Source: Flavobacteriales bacterium (GTDB lineage Bacteria; Bacteroidota; Bacteroidia; Flavobacteriales_D; Sanyastnellaceae). From it: a stretch of DNA of 55,073 nucleotides. The stretch lies in NCBI GenBank assembly GCA_049318685.1, contig JBMOFW010000001.1, positions 1 to 55,073 of the forward strand. Direction: 5' to 3'. How positions within the stretch are numbered: the first letter of the stretch is position 1; every line of letters starts with the position of its first letter. Shown here one piece after another: positions 53,623-55,073 of the stretch. A program made the position numbers and the translations under genes. The notes under the pieces are model-generated. The model did no database searches, was not told the DNA's origin, and was given only the letters and a program-made list of their open reading frames with translations.

Positions 53623-55073
53623 TAAAAATTAAATGTGTATTGCAATGTAGTTACACGTGGCTCTTCAATAGCTAAAGGACGTATGGCGTATTCACGATTA
53701 AGCAAATTGCTTACTACCAAACCAATCTTGTGATGTTCATTTACAGTCCACCCCGCGCGGGCGTCAAAGATATAATCTCCCGATGTATGGGATGCTCGCC
53801 AATCAACAATACCGGGATTAAAATACATCGGTACTATTGTTTCAAGGAAAGCAAAAGCTTGATCAATATTTTGCATATGGCTGTTATATCTAAAACTAGC
53901 ACCCAAAGACCATTTACGCCAAGTAGCTTGCACATCAAAACGCACCAAATGCTGCAGTCTATATTTCAAAATATGGTTGGTTGTATCCGAACTTGTAGTG
54001 AGATAACTGACCGGAGTCTTATTCAAATCTTGATTGGTAGCGTAGGCATAATCAGGCGTTAAACTTTCCGGCAATGTGTAGGTATACCCTCCAAGAACCT
54101 GAAACAACACCGGACCAATTTTTCCTTCTCCCATAATGCTCAACTCTGCACCGCGTACACGGGCTTTACCCGTGTTGACACTTTTAAATCCAAAACCTAG
54201 CAAATTGGTCAATGTGGGTGTTGCCCATTGGCCGAATGTAAATTCGATAAAATCATTGTATTCCTGCTGAAAGACGGCCAAATCTGCAAATCCTTTGAAC
54301 CCTCGAATTTTAAATCCTTGTTTAATACCGAATTCAGCGTTGTACGAGGACTCGGATTTGAGCTCTGGATTGGCATAAATTTTAACCGCACCCAATGCGG
54401 TGACGATGTACCGCTCCGCAATGGATGGAAAGCGGTAACCCTCACCATACGAAGCACGCAAGTAAGTGGCTTTACCCACTTGATAATTAATTCCACTCCT
54501 AAACACAGGTCGACCTTCGCGATCTCCATTAATATCAAATTGCTCATAGCGAACACCGAGCGAAACATTGAATCGTTGACCAAATTTTTTATCCAATTGC
54601 GCATACGCCGCTTGATTCGCTGCCGAGTTTTTGCCGTTGGCATTTCCACCGATAAACAATTCCCCGCGTGATTGGGTGTTTATATTTACCAATCCCAAGT
54701 TGAGCGTTAGATTTTTTACTTTATCGGTATTCCATTGCTTTAAAAATTGATACTCGGTATAAAATACATCGCTAAAATTGCCTTGATTATTATCGTTTTT
54801 GTTATCCAAAGATTGCCATCGGGCACGTAAACTATGTTTTGCGCCGCCTTTTGTAAAATAGGTAATGAATGGATCTATCGTACCGAGCGTTTGTTCGGTT
54901 CTTGTTGCCGCCCCATCATAGGCTGAGTATAAACCAGTATTTTGATTTTCCCAAATAAGCGTGTTCAATGAATTACTCAAACTCCAATTTGTATTGACGC
55001 CAAATGAAAGCCCGTCGATTTTCTTTGATCGATAACGCAAGTTTACATTCATTCTCCCCCGAGATTCCGCTTC
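53622..55073 (-). CDS. TonB-dependent receptor, C-terminal beta-barrel portion (partial, continues beyond the window)
   Basis: The reading frame is open to the window edge (EAESRGR precedes the first Met of the track). Alternating beta-strand pattern. C-terminal ...TTLQYTFNF with a terminal aromatic residue. Confidence 0.85.
   Translation of the reverse strand, partial: EAESRGRMNVNLRYRSKKIDGLSFGVNTNWSLSNSLNTLIWENQNTGLYSAYDGAATRTEQTLGTIDPFITYFTKGGAKHSLRARWQSLDNKNDNNQGNFSDVFYTEYQFLKQWNTDKVKNLTLNLGLVNINTQSRGELFIGGNANGKNSAANQAAYAQLDKKFGQRFNVSLGVRYEQFDINGDREGRPVFRSGINYQVGKATYLRASYGEGYRFPSIAERYIVTALGAVKIYANPELKSESSYNAEFGIKQGFKIRGFKGFADLAVFQQEYNDFIEFTFGQWATPTLTNLLGFGFKSVNTGKARVRGAELSIMGEGKIGPVLFQVLGGYTYTLPESLTPDYAYATNQDLNKTPVSYLTTSSDTTNHILKYRLQHLVRFDVQATWRKWSLGASFRYNSHMQNIDQAFAFLETIVPMYFNPGIVDWRASHTSGDYIFDARAGWTVNEHHKIGLVVSNLLNREYAIRPLAIEEPRVTTLQYTFNF

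Overview
This is a 55-kb chromosomal segment that I infer to be from a Bacteroidota genome. The grounds are several proteins ending in T9SS type-A sorting domains, TAnnTTTG -7 promoter boxes shortly upstream of several start codons, a TonB-dependent receptor and the general gene content. I call 36 protein-coding genes, mostly housekeeping: aspS, trpS, gatC, pth, prs, rplY, ispD, kdsB, a dus gene, hom-metX-metY, plus sigma/anti-sigma, amidohydrolase and peptidase genes. I found no rRNA, tRNA, CRISPR array, transposase, integrase or recognisable defence island. Five things deserve a second look. (1) Two tandem short ORFs rich in Met and Cys codons (shared MMCCM core) sit between a promoter and metY-metX-hom. 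Each is followed by an intrinsic terminator and has the alternative pairings of a classical leader-peptide attenuator, and I see no SAM riboswitch there. (2) An SOS-type cassette: a phage-CI-like HTH + S24 peptidase repressor lies divergent from alpha/beta hydrolase - SRAP(YedK) - short DnaE2-like polymerase, and no ImuA or ImuB is in the window. (3) Three paralogous 1462-1614 aa T9SS cargo proteins flank ispD and share a large uncharacterised core with a near-invariant WNDD..TTGFPGSDYPSYNFNNIYWYDE block. One of them has an 11-bp direct repeat at 21-bp phasing on its promoter. (4) A family of heptamer/octamer simple-sequence arrays at gene ends and in promoters. It includes a 23-bp-stem hairpin starting at the dnaE2-like stop codon and a cluster of 9 GATC sites in 130 bp. 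(5) An in-frame TGA splits the dus gene just before its catalytic GCP motif. All coordinates and pairings were read by eye; no database search or folding program was available.
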